A stretch of DNA of 62,787 nt, counting the filler. It is 4 parts of 4 records of this genome, joined end to end, with 100 filler letters (N's around TTAATTAATTAA, not from the genome) between each part and the next. Parts side by side here need not be neighbours in the genome. Positions count along the whole stretch, not along the records: positions 25,755 to 33,874 come from SRR22947725_1380; positions 33,975 to 52,282 come from SRR22947725_1387; 2 more parts are not named here. One strand, 5' to 3'. Shown piece after piece: positions 31,380-41,785 of the stretch. Every line of letters begins with the position of its first letter. Within the stretch, counting starts at the first letter, position 1. Below the pieces are notes generated by a model. That model saw only the letters and a program-made list of their open reading frames with translations, made no database searches and had not been told where the DNA came from. Position numbers and translations under genes: made by a program.

Positions 31380-32268
31380 TGAGCAATTCATAGATAAAGA
31401 TATAAGTCTTTACCTAAGTTATATATCCGAAGTTAAAAATCTCTCTCAAAATACAACTAGCTCTTATAAAAGAGATCTGCAGAAATTATCTATATTCTTA
31501 TATTCGATAAATATTAAGGATTATGACGAAATCGATGATGGGGTTTGCACTAGCTGGCTTGGTAAACTCTATTCTCTAGAAAACAACCCAAAAACGATAC
31601 AAAGACATCTGTCTTCTGCAAAAGGATTCTTTAGGTTTTTAAAGAAAAATTCAATAATAGATTCTTCTCCTTTTGAATTAGTAAAAGCTCCAAAATCCCC
31701 AAGCTACCTTCCAGAAGTGTTATCGCCGGAAGATGTAAGCCAATTATTAAATTTTAAACCTTCAGATGCATTAGAAATTAGGGATTTAGCTATTGTTGAA
31801 TTAATGTATTCGTCTGGCCTGAGAGTGTCTGAAACTGCGAATATTAATATAGATGATTTTGAAGAAGAAATGTCTTTTCTTAGAGTTCTTGGGAAAGGCG
31901 CAAAAACAAGACTTGTACCCATTGGAAGATATGCAAAAAATGCTATTTATAATTGGATTGATGAAAGAACTAAATATTCTGAGGATACAAATGCACTTTT
32001 TATAAACTTAAAAGGTGGCAGGCTGAGTGTTCGAAGTATTCAATTGAGACTAAAAAGACTAGCTATTAAACAAGGTCTTCCACCTGTTCATCCGCATATG
32101 CTAAGGCATAGCTTTGCAACACACATGCTTGAATCAAGTGGTGATCTAAGAACCATTCAAGAGTTGTTGGGTCATAGTTCATTATCCACAACTCAAATTT
32201 ATACAAAGTTAGATTATCAGCATTTAGTAAAAATTTATGATCAAGCTCATCCTAGGGCTAAAAAATGA
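31372..32268 (+). CDS. xerC: Tyrosine recombinase XerC
   Basis: RDLAIVELMYSSGLRVSE; GKGAKTR; HPHMLRHSFATH; QELLGHSSLSTTQIYT; canonical dapF-yigA-xerC-yigB order. Confidence 0.93.
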   Translation: MPSEQFIDKDISLYLSYISEVKNLSQNTTSSYKRDLQKLSIFLYSINIKDYDEIDDGVCTSWLGKLYSLENNPKTIQRHLSSAKGFFRFLKKNSIIDSSPFELVKAPKSPSYLPEVLSPEDVSQLLNFKPSDALEIRDLAIVELMYSSGLRVSETANINIDDFEEEMSFLRVLGKGAKTRLVPIGRYAKNAIYNWIDERTKYSEDTNALFINLKGGRLSVRSIQLRLKRLAIKQGLPPVHPHMLRHSFATHMLESSGDLRTIQELLGHSSLSTTQIYTKLDYQHLVKIYDQAHPRAKK

Positions 32269-32966
32269 CAAGAATTAAGCTCATAACCTTTGACCTTGAC
32301 GATACTCTCTGGGATAACGGACCCACTATTGCAAATGCAGAAATATTCACTAGGAAGTGGATTGAAAAAAGAGTTGGAAGAGTTGAATGGGGCAATTTTG
32401 ATGATTTTATTAACCTCAGAGAAGATTTAATTAGAAAGGATCCTAGTATTGCTTGGGATATAAGCAAATTAAGGAAAGAGATTTTTAAAAAGAAAATTAA
32501 TCATCTTGTTACATCTTCTGAGGCTGAGGTTATAGCAAATGATGCTTTTAATATTTTTATAAACAAAAGGCATGAGGTTGAACTATATGATGGCGTGGCT
32601 AATGCCTTGAAATCTCTTTCTATGGATTACTCTTTGGGTGTTTTAACAAATGGTAATGCGGATATTTATAGATTTGAGATAGGAAAATATTTTGATTTTG
32701 CTATAAGCTCCCTTGAGGCAAAAGATAGTAAACCAAATAGACCACATTTTGATAAAGCTTTGCAAAAGATAGACGGAATAAGTTTTGCTGAAATGCTTCA
32801 TATTGGTGATCATCAAATTAATGATATTTTTGCTGCGGATCAACTGGGTATAAAAACTTTATGGTTTAATAATAAAAATACTAAATGGGTTCAAGCTTTT
32901 GAAAAGCCCAAAGATTTCTCAGATTGGAAAAAACTACCAGAAATAATTGAAGAGCTATATGAGTAA
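32265..32966 (+). CDS. HAD hydrolase (YigB-like)
   Basis: FDLDDTLW; LTNGNA; KP; HIGDHQINDI. Confidence 0.88.
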   Translation: MTRIKLITFDLDDTLWDNGPTIANAEIFTRKWIEKRVGRVEWGNFDDFINLREDLIRKDPSIAWDISKLRKEIFKKKINHLVTSSEAEVIANDAFNIFINKRHEVELYDGVANALKSLSMDYSLGVLTNGNADIYRFEIGKYFDFAISSLEAKDSKPNRPHFDKALQKIDGISFAEMLHIGDHQINDIFAADQLGIKTLWFNNKNTKWVQAFEKPKDFSDWKKLPEIIEELYE

Positions 32967-33192
32967 CGATGAATTAACAAAGGCTATCTTAAATGTCTTT
33001 AAAAAAGAATTAGGGATTATGGGTGATGTTTTACCAACTGAGCTATTAACCTCCATAAAAAAAAATATTGCACCTGAGCTAGAGAAGCTTATAGAAAAAA
33101 ATGGCTATGTATCAAAGTCAAAATATGAGTCTTTAGAAAAATTGGTTGAGCAACTTGAAAAAAGAATTATTGATTTAGAGAAAACTTTATAA
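32959..33192 (+). CDS. Small coiled-coil protein, UbiK/BMFP-like
   Basis: GYVSKSKYE..LEKRIIDLE resembles the LVTREEF..LE.RL..LE pattern; start at MSNDEL. Confidence 0.55.
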   Translation: MSNDELTKAILNVFKKELGIMGDVLPTELLTSIKKNIAPELEKLIEKNGYVSKSKYESLEKLVEQLEKRIIDLEKTL

Positions 33193-33585
33193 ACTAACGA
33201 TATATTTTGATAGTTCTTTGATGTCACTGTCAGATAAAGCAGCGGCCTGTGCATACATTAATACGCTTTGAGGGCCTCTTTCTATCTTATTCTTATATTC
33301 ATTAAGTGAAGTAGCGATATAATCACTTTTGGAGCCTTTAAATGATGGTCCAATTCCGCCCTCACCTTTTGCACCATGACACGCAATACATCCTGCATAG
33401 AGCTTGCTTCCTTTGGATTCTTTAACATCAGAGAGACTCACGGCTGCTGCACCACAATCTTGTCCTTCAATACAAATATTCACATCAAGATGAATCCTAT
33501 CAATTACTGATTCATCATATTTCTTTCCATTAAATAAAAATATTGCACATAAAGGCAAAACATATAAATAATATTTATTTTTCAT
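33187..33585 (-). CDS. Monoheme c-type cytochrome
   Basis: Hydrophobic N-terminus; CIACHG heme motif; distal Met in SVLMYAQA. Confidence 0.88.
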   Translation of the reverse strand: MKNKYYLYVLPLCAIFLFNGKKYDESVIDRIHLDVNICIEGQDCGAAAVSLSDVKESKGSKLYAGCIACHGAKGEGGIGPSFKGSKSDYIATSLNEYKNKIERGPQSVLMYAQAAALSDSDIKELSKYIVSL

Positions 33586-33592
33586 TTCTTTC

Positions 33593-33874
33593 CTATGAAT
33601 TTGGTCTTTGCAGTTCAACCACATAATCTACAACTTTTAGCATGTCAGTAAAAGTGCCTTTTGATTCAATTATATAAGTTCCATCGACAATCATCATTGG
33701 TACAGCAGTTACTTTAACTTGCTTAGCATATTTAATGCCCCTATTAACCTTTTGTTTTACTGAGAATGAATTTAAATATTGCGATGTGACCTCGGGCGCA
33801 ACCCCAAACTTAGCTAAAAATTTCTCAATTGCTTTTGGGCTTTGTAAAAAATTACCCTCTTTGTGTATTGTCAC
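33593..33874 (-). CDS. dsbA: Thiol:disulfide interchange protein DsbA, 3' fragment
   Basis: IH..; NSFSV; VTAVPMMIVDGTY (cis-Pro loop); CxxC is lost at the contig end. Confidence 0.75.
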   Translation of the reverse strand: MTIHKEGNFLQSPKAIEKFLAKFGVAPEVTSQYLNSFSVKQKVNRGIKYAKQVKVTAVPMMIVDGTYIIESKGTFTDMLKVVDYVVELQRPNS

Positions 33875-33974
33875 NNNNNNNNNNNNNNNNNNNNNNNNNN
33901 NNNNNNNNNNNNNNNNNNTTAATTAATTAANNNNNNNNNNNNNNNNNNNNNNNNNNNNNNNNNNNNNNNNNNNN
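33875..33974. other. Artificial contig spacer
   Basis: Ns plus TTAATTAATTAA. Confidence 0.98.
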
Positions 33975-34365
33975 TGATGCAAAAACTCATTACGAGGCTG
34001 GAGTTAAAGCTGCTATGCAAATGCTTAGTCAACTTTATCCAAATGCTGCTGCGATTTCAGATGCTCAGGTTGCTACATATTTAGCTGCTAAGCCTTATGA
34101 TGCTGCTAAAGGATGGGAAATGATCAGTGAGCAATACTGGGCTGCTACTCTTTTAAATGAGTACGAAGCTTTTTCAAATTGGAGAAGAACTGGATACCCA
34201 ACTTTAACCCCTACTAACGACCCTGGAAATGTAACAGGTGGAACTATTCCAAGAAGGTTAATTTACCCAACTGGAGAAGAGTCTACAAATGCTGACAATT
34301 TTGCTGCAGCGATTGCAAGACAAGGTCCAAACGATTTTACAACCAGAGTTTGGTGGGATAAATAA
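33975..34365 (+). CDS. SusD/RagB family outer-membrane lipoprotein, 3' fragment
   Basis: I..QYWAA...EAFSNWRRTGYP; IPRRLIYP..E..N; RVWWDK terminus. Confidence 0.9.
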
Positions 34366-34391
34366 GAAAATTTTTGTTTTTTATATATTCG

Positions 34392-34423
34392 AAAAAGAGG
34401 GATTAATTTCCCTCTTTTTTTTT
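34392..34423 (+). terminator. Intrinsic terminator
   Basis: AAAAAGAGGGA-ttaatt-TCCCTC followed by T9. Confidence 0.85.
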
Positions 34424-34434
34424 ACTTTTAATTT

Positions 34435-37400
34435 ATGAAAGTATTTCTAGTTATATTTCTTTTATTATTTAACTATTCCTTTAGCCAAGAAACAGTTTTT
34501 GAATTGTTAAATTCAAAAGAAACTGGAGTACAGTTTAATAATGTTATTGAAGATAAAAAAGAACATAATATTTTATTGTATGCCAATTATTATGGTGGAG
34601 CTGGTGTTGGAATAGCAGACTTTGATAATGATGGTTTTCAGGATATTTATTTTGGAGGAAATTTAGTTGCTGATAAAATCTATAGAAATTTAGGAGATTT
34701 TAAATTTCTAGATAAGACAGAAAATTCAGGAATTTTAGATAATGGATCTTGGTCATCAGGGATATCTATCGCTGATATTAATAATGATGGACTTGTTGAT
34801 GTTTATGTAAGCAAAGAGTTGTATGATGATAACCCTGAACTTAGAAGAAACAAATTATATATAAATAAAGGAAATTTTGTCTTTGAAGAATCTTCAAAAA
34901 CTTGGAGAGTAGATGTATCAGCAAGAACCAGACATGCTGTTTTTTTTGATTATAATAACGATGGCTATTTAGATTTATACTTGCTTAATCAACCACCAAA
35001 CCCAGGAAGTTATTCTAAATTTTTTGGAGCTGACTTAACGTTACCAGAATATTCATTACAATTGTTTAAAAATACAGGAAATAATAACTTTATTGATGTA
35101 ACAAAAGAAGCTGGGCTTAATAGAACAGGATTTCCTAATAGTGTTGTAGCCTCAGATTTAAATCAAGACGGATTTATTGATTTGTACGTAGCTAATGATT
35201 TTGATGCACCTGATTTTTTATATTATAATAATGGTGATGGAACATTTTCCTATGAAACGGAAAGCTCTTTAAAACACACTTCTTTCTACAGTATGGGTGT
35301 AGATTCAGCTGATATTAATAACGATGGTGAGTTAGATCTTATGGTTGTTGACATGACGGCAGAGGATAATTTTAGATTAAAATCTAATATGAGTGGAATG
35401 AATCCTTCGGCATTTTGGAAAGTTGTTGAAAACGGGGGTCATTTTCAATATATGTTCAATACTCTTCAAATAAATAATGGTGACAAAACGTTTAGTGATG
35501 TCGCACAATACACTAAAACTTCATCTACAGATTGGAGTTGGGCAAATCTGATAGCCGACTTTGATAACGATGGCTTGAAAGATATTTACGTTACAAATGG
35601 ACTTTTAAGGGATATTAGAAATACAGATGCTGATAAAAAAGTTGGAGAGTTTGTTTTAAAAATAGCTGATGACTATGTAAAGAAAAATAAATCATTTGAA
35701 TACAATTTGTGGGATATTTTACCTCTAGACAAAGCTCTGGAACTAGTACCAAGTGTAAAAATTAAAAATTATTTCTATAAAAATTATGGTAACCTTGATT
35801 TTAAAAATGAAGCTAAAAGTTGGGGATTAGACCAACCTAGTTTTTCTAATGGAGCATCTTATGCTGATCTTGATAATGATGGTGATTTAGATTTAGTTGT
35901 AAATAACGTAAATGAACCTGCATTTATTTATAAAAATAATTCCAAGAAAAATAATTATTTGAGATTAGAACTCATAAATGAGAATAACAAACCTATTTTT
36001 GGATCTAAAGTTTCGATTTATAATGGAAATAAAATTCAACTTTTCGAAAGTTCTAATGTAAGAGGTATTTATTCTACAAGTGAAAACATAATTCACTTTG
36101 GATTAAGCGATTATAAAAAAGTAGATAGTTTAATTGTTACTTGGCCAAACTCTAGACAAACTAAACTGTTTGATGTAAAAGCTAATCAACTGTTAAAAGT
36201 AAAGTCAAACAACTCTAAAAATTATAACTCTAAATCAAATCCTAAAGAATTGTTTTTTGAGGAAATTCCAACCAAAATTAATTATACTCATATTGAGAAT
36301 TATTTTGATGATTACGAGAAACAGGTTTTATTACCACATAAATTATCTCAATTAGGCCCTGCACTTGCAGTTGCTGATGTAAATGGAGATAATTTAGACG
36401 ATGTTTATATTGGATCTGCTTCCGGCAAAGTGTCAAAATTACTGATTCAAAATAATCAAGGTGAACTATTAGAATCGGAAATTAAAACCTGGGATCCACA
36501 TAAAGTTTTAGAAGATATTGATGCTGTATTTCTAGATTTTGATAATGACGGAGATAATGATCTTTATGTTGTTAGCGGAGGAAACGAATTTTCTCCAAAT
36601 TCCAGTACTTACCTTGATAGAATATACATTAATGATGGTAAAGGAAATTTCGAATTTAAAAGAAATTTATTGCCTGATGTCTATGAATCAGGCTCTGTGG
36701 TAAGACCTTACGACTTTGATAATGATGGTGATTTAGATTTATTCATTGGATCAAGAATGATTCCTTGGAACTATCCACAGCCAGCAACGAGTTATTTACT
36801 AGTTAACAATAACGGGACATACGTTAAGTATAATGATATTAATAACAGCTTAAGTGAACTAGGATTAGTTACAGACGCAGTTTGGTCTGACTACGATAAT
36901 GATGGCGATAAAGATTTATTTGTTGTAGGAGAATGGATGCCATTAACTTTAATTAAAAATCACAATGGAGTATTAAAAAAAGAAAAATTAAATGATTCTT
37001 GTGATGAAAGACGTGGATGGTGGTATTCAATTGAAAGCGCAGATTTTAACAATGATGGAAAAGAAGATTTGGTTTTAGGAAATTTAGGAAAAAATTATAA
37101 ATATCAAGCAAACCCTGAAGAACCATTTGAAGTGTTTTATGATGATTTTGACGATAATGGCAGCAAGGATATTGTTTTAGCGTATTACAATTATGGTATT
37201 CAGTTTCCATTAAGAGGTTTTTCTTGTTCTTCTCAACAGATTCCAGAATTGAAAAGCAAAATACAGAAATATGATTTGTTCGCTTCACTTGATGTTAAAG
37301 ATGTATACGGAGAAGTTAATTTAGATAATGCTCTAAGATTACACGCTAATTCTTTTAAAAGTGTGGTACTTATAAATAAAAATTCTACATATGAATCTGT

Positions 37401-37719
37401 GGACCTTCCTTATCAGGCACAATTATCTTCAATAAATGATATTATTGTCGAAGATTATAATAATGACGGAAATATAGATCTTTTAGTTGCTGGCAATTTG
37501 TTTACATCTGAAGTTGAAACACCAAGAAATGATGCTAGTAATGGATTAATGCTGATTGGAAATGGTGATGGTACATTTAAGCCTAAGGCAAGAAAAGAGT
37601 CAGGATTTTTTGCTCCAAGTGATGCAAAAAAACTTAATTTAATTAAAATAAAAAATGAACAAGGAGTTATAGTTGGAAATAACAATGATTTAATGCAGTA
37701 TTTCAAAAGAATTAAGTAA
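34435..37719 (+). CDS. Secreted FG-GAP/VCBS repeat protein with ASPIC/UnbV domain (CRTAC1-like)
   Basis: Signal peptide; many DxDNDGxxD repeats; RGIYST...IHFGL..VDSLIVTWP. Confidence 0.9.
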   Translation: MKVFLVIFLLLFNYSFSQETVFELLNSKETGVQFNNVIEDKKEHNILLYANYYGGAGVGIADFDNDGFQDIYFGGNLVADKIYRNLGDFKFLDKTENSGILDNGSWSSGISIADINNDGLVDVYVSKELYDDNPELRRNKLYINKGNFVFEESSKTWRVDVSARTRHAVFFDYNNDGYLDLYLLNQPPNPGSYSKFFGADLTLPEYSLQLFKNTGNNNFIDVTKEAGLNRTGFPNSVVASDLNQDGFIDLYVANDFDAPDFLYYNNGDGTFSYETESSLKHTSFYSMGVDSADINNDGELDLMVVDMTAEDNFRLKSNMSGMNPSAFWKVVENGGHFQYMFNTLQINNGDKTFSDVAQYTKTSSTDWSWANLIADFDNDGLKDIYVTNGLLRDIRNTDADKKVGEFVLKIADDYVKKNKSFEYNLWDILPLDKALELVPSVKIKNYFYKNYGNLDFKNEAKSWGLDQPSFSNGASYADLDNDGDLDLVVNNVNEPAFIYKNNSKKNNYLRLELINENNKPIFGSKVSIYNGNKIQLFESSNVRGIYSTSENIIHFGLSDYKKVDSLIVTWPNSRQTKLFDVKANQLLKVKSNNSKNYNSKSNPKELFFEEIPTKINYTHIENYFDDYEKQVLLPHKLSQLGPALAVADVNGDNLDDVYIGSASGKVSKLLIQNNQGELLESEIKTWDPHKVLEDIDAVFLDFDNDGDNDLYVVSGGNEFSPNSSTYLDRIYINDGKGNFEFKRNLLPDVYESGSVVRPYDFDNDGDLDLFIGSRMIPWNYPQPATSYLLVNNNGTYVKYNDINNSLSELGLVTDAVWSDYDNDGDKDLFVVGEWMPLTLIKNHNGVLKKEKLNDSCDERRGWWYSIESADFNNDGKEDLVLGNLGKNYKYQANPEEPFEVFYDDFDDNGSKDIVLAYYNYGIQFPLRGFSCSSQQIPELKSKIQKYDLFASLDVKDVYGEVNLDNALRLHANSFKSVVLINKNSTYESVDLPYQAQLSSINDIIVEDYNNDGNIDLLVAGNLFTSEVETPRNDASNGLMLIGNGDGTFKPKARKESGFFAPSDAKKLNLIKIKNEQGVIVGNNNDLMQYFKRIK

Positions 37720-37735
37720 ATTATTAAACTATCTT

Positions 37736-39406
37736 ATGAGTAACAAAACTTTTTTAAATATTTTAATTTTAGGGTTTTTTGCTTTAGTCCTTGGTTTTAT
37801 TTTTAGAGTTTTTGGAGGAAACTTACAAACTGAAAAAAAAATAAACCATAATCCTAAACTTGTTGTTGGAATTGTAGTTGACCAGATGAAATATCAATAC
37901 TTAACTAAGTATTGGAATCATTATTCTGATAAAGGTTTTAAAAGATTGATTAACGAAGGGTTTAATGCTAAAAGCAATCACTATGGGTATGCACAAACCT
38001 CTACTGGACCAGGACACACTACTGTTGCAACTGGCACTCACCCAGCAGTTCATGGAATTATTGGTAACAGTTGGTTTGATAAAAAATCAAAAAAATCAGT
38101 TTATTGTGTAGACGATTCAAATTATTCAACTGTAGGAAGCTCAACTGATCAAGGAAAAAAATCTCCATCAAACCTACTAACAACTACATTAAGTGACGAA
38201 AATAGAGTGGCAACTAATTTTAAGGGTAAAACTATTGGAGTTGCTATAAAAGACAGGGGGTCTATTCTATCATCTGGCCATACAGCAAACGCAGCATACT
38301 GGTTTGATTCTAAAGAAGGGAGTTTTATTTCAAGCACCTATTATTTATCAAATTTACCTTCTTGGGCACAAGAATTTAATGATTCAAGACACATTGACAA
38401 TTATTTAAAACCCTGGGAAACTTATTATGATATTTCAACCTATATAGAAAGTGGCCCTGATAATAATAATTATGAATCAAATTTTAATGGTGAAGATAAC
38501 CCTGTATTTCCTCATAACTTTAAAATTCAAAATGATAAAACGGGAGAACCATATTATGGTTCAATTTCCTCTACTCCATTTGGAAACTCGTTAGTTACAG
38601 ATTTTTCAATTAAAGCAATTGAGGGTGAAGAGCTTGGAAAAGATAATATTACAGACTTTCTATTAATTGATTTTTCTTCTACAGATTACGTTGGGCATCA
38701 ATTTGGAGCAAATTCAAAAGAAGTTCAGGATACTTACATAAGACTTGATAAGGAAATAGAAAAACTTTTAAATTATTTTGATAATAATATAGGGAAGAAC
38801 GAGTACACTTTATTTTTGACTGCAGATCATGGTGCAACAGATGCCCCGGGATTTTTAAAAGAAAAGAAAATTCCTATTAATTATTTTAACTCAAAAAAAT
38901 TTAATTATCATATTGAAAAATCATTAATTAAATTGTTTGGAAATAAATATGTAATATCTAGTAATTCCAATCAACAAATCTTTCTAAACGACGAGCTTAT
39001 TAAAAAACTTAATCTAAGTTCTAAAGTTGTAAAACAAAGCATAATAGATGTGATACAATCTTTTCCTGGGATTGATAATGTTTATTCTTCAGAGCAAGTC
39101 ATGAGTGAAATTGATGATCATTTTTTAAAGCTTATTAGAAATGGATTTAATAAAAATCTTTCAGGTGATATAGTTTATACAATAATGCCCAATTGGGTTT
39201 ATTACAGAAAAGGTTCAACTCATGGTAGAAGGTTTAATCAACATACTCATGTTCCCTTAATTTTATTTGGAAATGGAATTAAAAGAGGATCAATTAGTAG
39301 AGAAACTGATGTAATTGATATTGCCCCTACAATTGCGTCTGTTTTAGGAATTAGTTCTCCAAACTCAACGACTGGAAAAGTAATATTTGAGGCTATAGAT
39401 GATTAA
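37736..39406 (+). CDS. pafA: PafA-type alkaline phosphatase
   Basis: PKLVVGIVVDQM; TSTGPGH (Thr nucleophile); HGIIGN; KDRGS; STDYVGHQFG; TADHG; STHG. Confidence 0.88.
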   Translation: MSNKTFLNILILGFFALVLGFIFRVFGGNLQTEKKINHNPKLVVGIVVDQMKYQYLTKYWNHYSDKGFKRLINEGFNAKSNHYGYAQTSTGPGHTTVATGTHPAVHGIIGNSWFDKKSKKSVYCVDDSNYSTVGSSTDQGKKSPSNLLTTTLSDENRVATNFKGKTIGVAIKDRGSILSSGHTANAAYWFDSKEGSFISSTYYLSNLPSWAQEFNDSRHIDNYLKPWETYYDISTYIESGPDNNNYESNFNGEDNPVFPHNFKIQNDKTGEPYYGSISSTPFGNSLVTDFSIKAIEGEELGKDNITDFLLIDFSSTDYVGHQFGANSKEVQDTYIRLDKEIEKLLNYFDNNIGKNEYTLFLTADHGATDAPGFLKEKKIPINYFNSKKFNYHIEKSLIKLFGNKYVISSNSNQQIFLNDELIKKLNLSSKVVKQSIIDVIQSFPGIDNVYSSEQVMSEIDDHFLKLIRNGFNKNLSGDIVYTIMPNWVYYRKGSTHGRRFNQHTHVPLILFGNGIKRGSISRETDVIDIAPTIASVLGISSPNSTTGKVIFEAIDD

Positions 39407-41255
39407 CAATCTAAAAATAGTATTAATTCGATTTCTGGCATTTATTTTAGCACTATCTAATTTGTCATGTAATGATATTTCTAGTTATGATATTATAATT
39501 GTAGGCGGTGGAACAAGCGGGGTTGTGTCAGCTATTCAGTCCTCAAGAATGGGATCCAAAACATTACTTATTGAAGAATCTAATTGGCTGGGAGGAATGA
39601 TAACCTCAGCAGGTGTAAGTGCTATGGATGGGAACTATAAAATGCCCTCAGGTTTTTTAAAAGAATTTAGAGACAGTTTGGTTTCTCATTATGGGAATTT
39701 AGACAGTCTCAAAACTGGCTGGGTTAGTAATTTAATGTTTGAACCCTCTGTAGGAAATAAAATACTTAAAGAAATAGCTCAATCTGAAAAAAACTTAAAA
39801 ATTCTATATGGTACTATAATTGAGGAAGTCGTAAAAGACGAAAAATTTAAGATTAAAATAAATCAAAATGACATTACATACAATTCGACAATTTTAATAG
39901 ATGCAACCGAACTAGGAGATTTAATTCCCAAATTAAATCTTCCATATTTTATTGGAATGGATTCAAGGAAAAAGTTTAATGAAGATATCGCTCCAGAATT
40001 TTCTAATAATATTATCCAAGACTTAACATATGTTATGATTTTAAAGGATTTTAAGAAAGACATGACGATTGAAAAACCGAAAAATTATGATAGAAATGAA
40101 TTTATATGCTCATACGATTCTGGAGAATGTTTTAAGAGTGATAAAAAGTTATGGTCAAAAGAAAAGTTGATCAGTTATGGCAAACTCCCAAATAACAAAT
40201 ACATGATTAATTGGCCAATAAATGGAAATGATTACTATTCGAATTCTATTGAAATGACAGCCCAAGAACGTTTGTTGAGTTATGATCGTGCAAAGCAAAA
40301 ATCATTAAGATTTTTGTATTTTATTCAAACTGAAATGGGATTTAATAATCTTTCGATAGATTATAGTGAATATCCGACAAAAGATGGATTCCCTCTTATG
40401 CCATATCACCGTGAATCGAGAAGATTAAACGGAAAGATTACTCTAACATTAAACGATATTAAATCTCCCTATAAACAGAAAAATTCACTTTATAGAACTG
40501 GAATTGCAGTTGGAGATTATCCTGTTGATCATCACCATGGAGCTTATTCAAACTATTCTAATCTTCCTAAGCTTGATTTTTATCCTGTTCCATCATATTC
40601 TGTTCCTTTAGGGGTTTTAATCCCCGAAAACATTGATAATTTTATGGTGATTGAAAAATCTATTTCTGTTTCTAATCTAGTGAATGGAACTTCCAGATTA
40701 CAACCTGTAGTTATGCAGATTGGTCAAGCCTCAGGGGTTTTAGCTTCTTTGGCAATTTTAAAGAAAAAAAACATTGATCAAATAAACGTAAGAGAAGTTC
40801 AGCTAGAAATTTTAAAAAATAATGGATATATATTACCATATGTTGATGTTGATACAGAGGATTTAAATTTTATTAGTTATCAAAAAATTGGAGCATGCGG
40901 TATTTTAAGATCAGAAGGTTTAAACATAGGATGGGAAAATAAAACTCTTTTTTATCCCGATTCTAATTTGGACAAAAATGATATTTATTTTGATAATTGG
41001 AAGATATTTAAATCTGAAAAAATTCCTTTTCCAGAACAAATGACAATTAAAAATATTTTGCATTGGATTTACAAAATAAAAGAAGAACCTTATTTAAATA
41101 ACAAACAATACTCTGGAATTTGGAAAAATCTAAATTTAAATAATTTTGACTCAGAAAGAATTATTACCAGAGGAGAATTTTCAGTTTTGATAGATAAAAT
41201 CATAGATCCCTTTTCAAGAGTTGATGTTGATTATTATGGAAATTTTATTAAATGA
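39399..41255 (+). CDS. FAD-dependent oxidoreductase (FAD_oxidored family), possible lipoprotein
   Basis: LSC lipobox-like motif; IVGGGTSG; WLGGMITSAGVS; DATELGD; YHRESRR; GDYPVDHH; RLQPVVMQIGQA. Confidence 0.85.
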   Translation: MINNLKIVLIRFLAFILALSNLSCNDISSYDIIIVGGGTSGVVSAIQSSRMGSKTLLIEESNWLGGMITSAGVSAMDGNYKMPSGFLKEFRDSLVSHYGNLDSLKTGWVSNLMFEPSVGNKILKEIAQSEKNLKILYGTIIEEVVKDEKFKIKINQNDITYNSTILIDATELGDLIPKLNLPYFIGMDSRKKFNEDIAPEFSNNIIQDLTYVMILKDFKKDMTIEKPKNYDRNEFICSYDSGECFKSDKKLWSKEKLISYGKLPNNKYMINWPINGNDYYSNSIEMTAQERLLSYDRAKQKSLRFLYFIQTEMGFNNLSIDYSEYPTKDGFPLMPYHRESRRLNGKITLTLNDIKSPYKQKNSLYRTGIAVGDYPVDHHHGAYSNYSNLPKLDFYPVPSYSVPLGVLIPENIDNFMVIEKSISVSNLVNGTSRLQPVVMQIGQASGVLASLAILKKKNIDQINVREVQLEILKNNGYILPYVDVDTEDLNFISYQKIGACGILRSEGLNIGWENKTLFYPDSNLDKNDIYFDNWKIFKSEKIPFPEQMTIKNILHWIYKIKEEPYLNNKQYSGIWKNLNLNNFDSERIITRGEFSVLIDKIIDPFSRVDVDYYGNFIK

Positions 41256-41752
41256 TTAGAAAAGCAATAAAAGATGATCTTAACAGAGTAATTGAAATAA
41301 CAAAAGCTTGTGCTGTTTCAATGATTTCAAATGATATATTTCAATGGAATGAGCATTATCCAAATATTGAAACTTTTGAGAATGATGTGTTAAATGAAAA
41401 TTTATATGTTCTTGAGTTAGACAATAAACTAATAGGCTGTTTGGTAATTTCTCATGAAATGGATGAGTTTTATAAGAAAGTAAAGTGGCTTACGCCAAAC
41501 TATAATAATATTTATTTACACCGTTTAGCTGTGGATCCAAGCTTTCAGAAAAAAGGGTATGCAAAACAATTAATGACTTTTTCTTTTGAATATGCTAAGG
41601 CAAATAACATCAAATCTATAAGGCTAGATACTTTCAGTGGTAATCCTTTTAATAATATATTTTATTCTAACTTGGGATTCACCAAGCTAGGAAAAATCTA
41701 CTTTAGAAAACAAAGTGACAAACCTTTTTATTGCTTTGAGAAGGTATTGTGA
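41252..41752 (+). CDS. GNAT family N-acetyltransferase
   Basis: QWNEHYP; LHRLAVDPSFQKKGYA; RLDT...N...FY. Confidence 0.88.
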   Translation: MIRKAIKDDLNRVIEITKACAVSMISNDIFQWNEHYPNIETFENDVLNENLYVLELDNKLIGCLVISHEMDEFYKKVKWLTPNYNNIYLHRLAVDPSFQKKGYAKQLMTFSFEYAKANNIKSIRLDTFSGNPFNNIFYSNLGFTKLGKIYFRKQSDKPFYCFEKVL

Positions 41753-41762
41753 AGGAATCTCT

Positions 41763-41770
41763 TACTTTTG
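41763..41770 (+). promoter_or_regulatory. Bacteroidota -7 promoter element (TAnnTTTG) upstream of queD
   Basis: TACTTTTG ends 16 nt before the queD ATG. Confidence 0.55.
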
Positions 41771-41785
41771 TATAAATTTAAATTA

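Noticed and set aside
31372-32268. Tyrosine recombinase as a mobile-element integrase
   Set aside because: It sits in the canonical dapF-DUF484-xerC-HAD housekeeping order with no att site or cargo
34435-37719. Recurrent GATTTTGATAATGATGG-like DNA repeats as a CRISPR or tandem array
   Set aside because: They are degenerate, irregularly spaced and encode FG-GAP DxDNDG protein repeats
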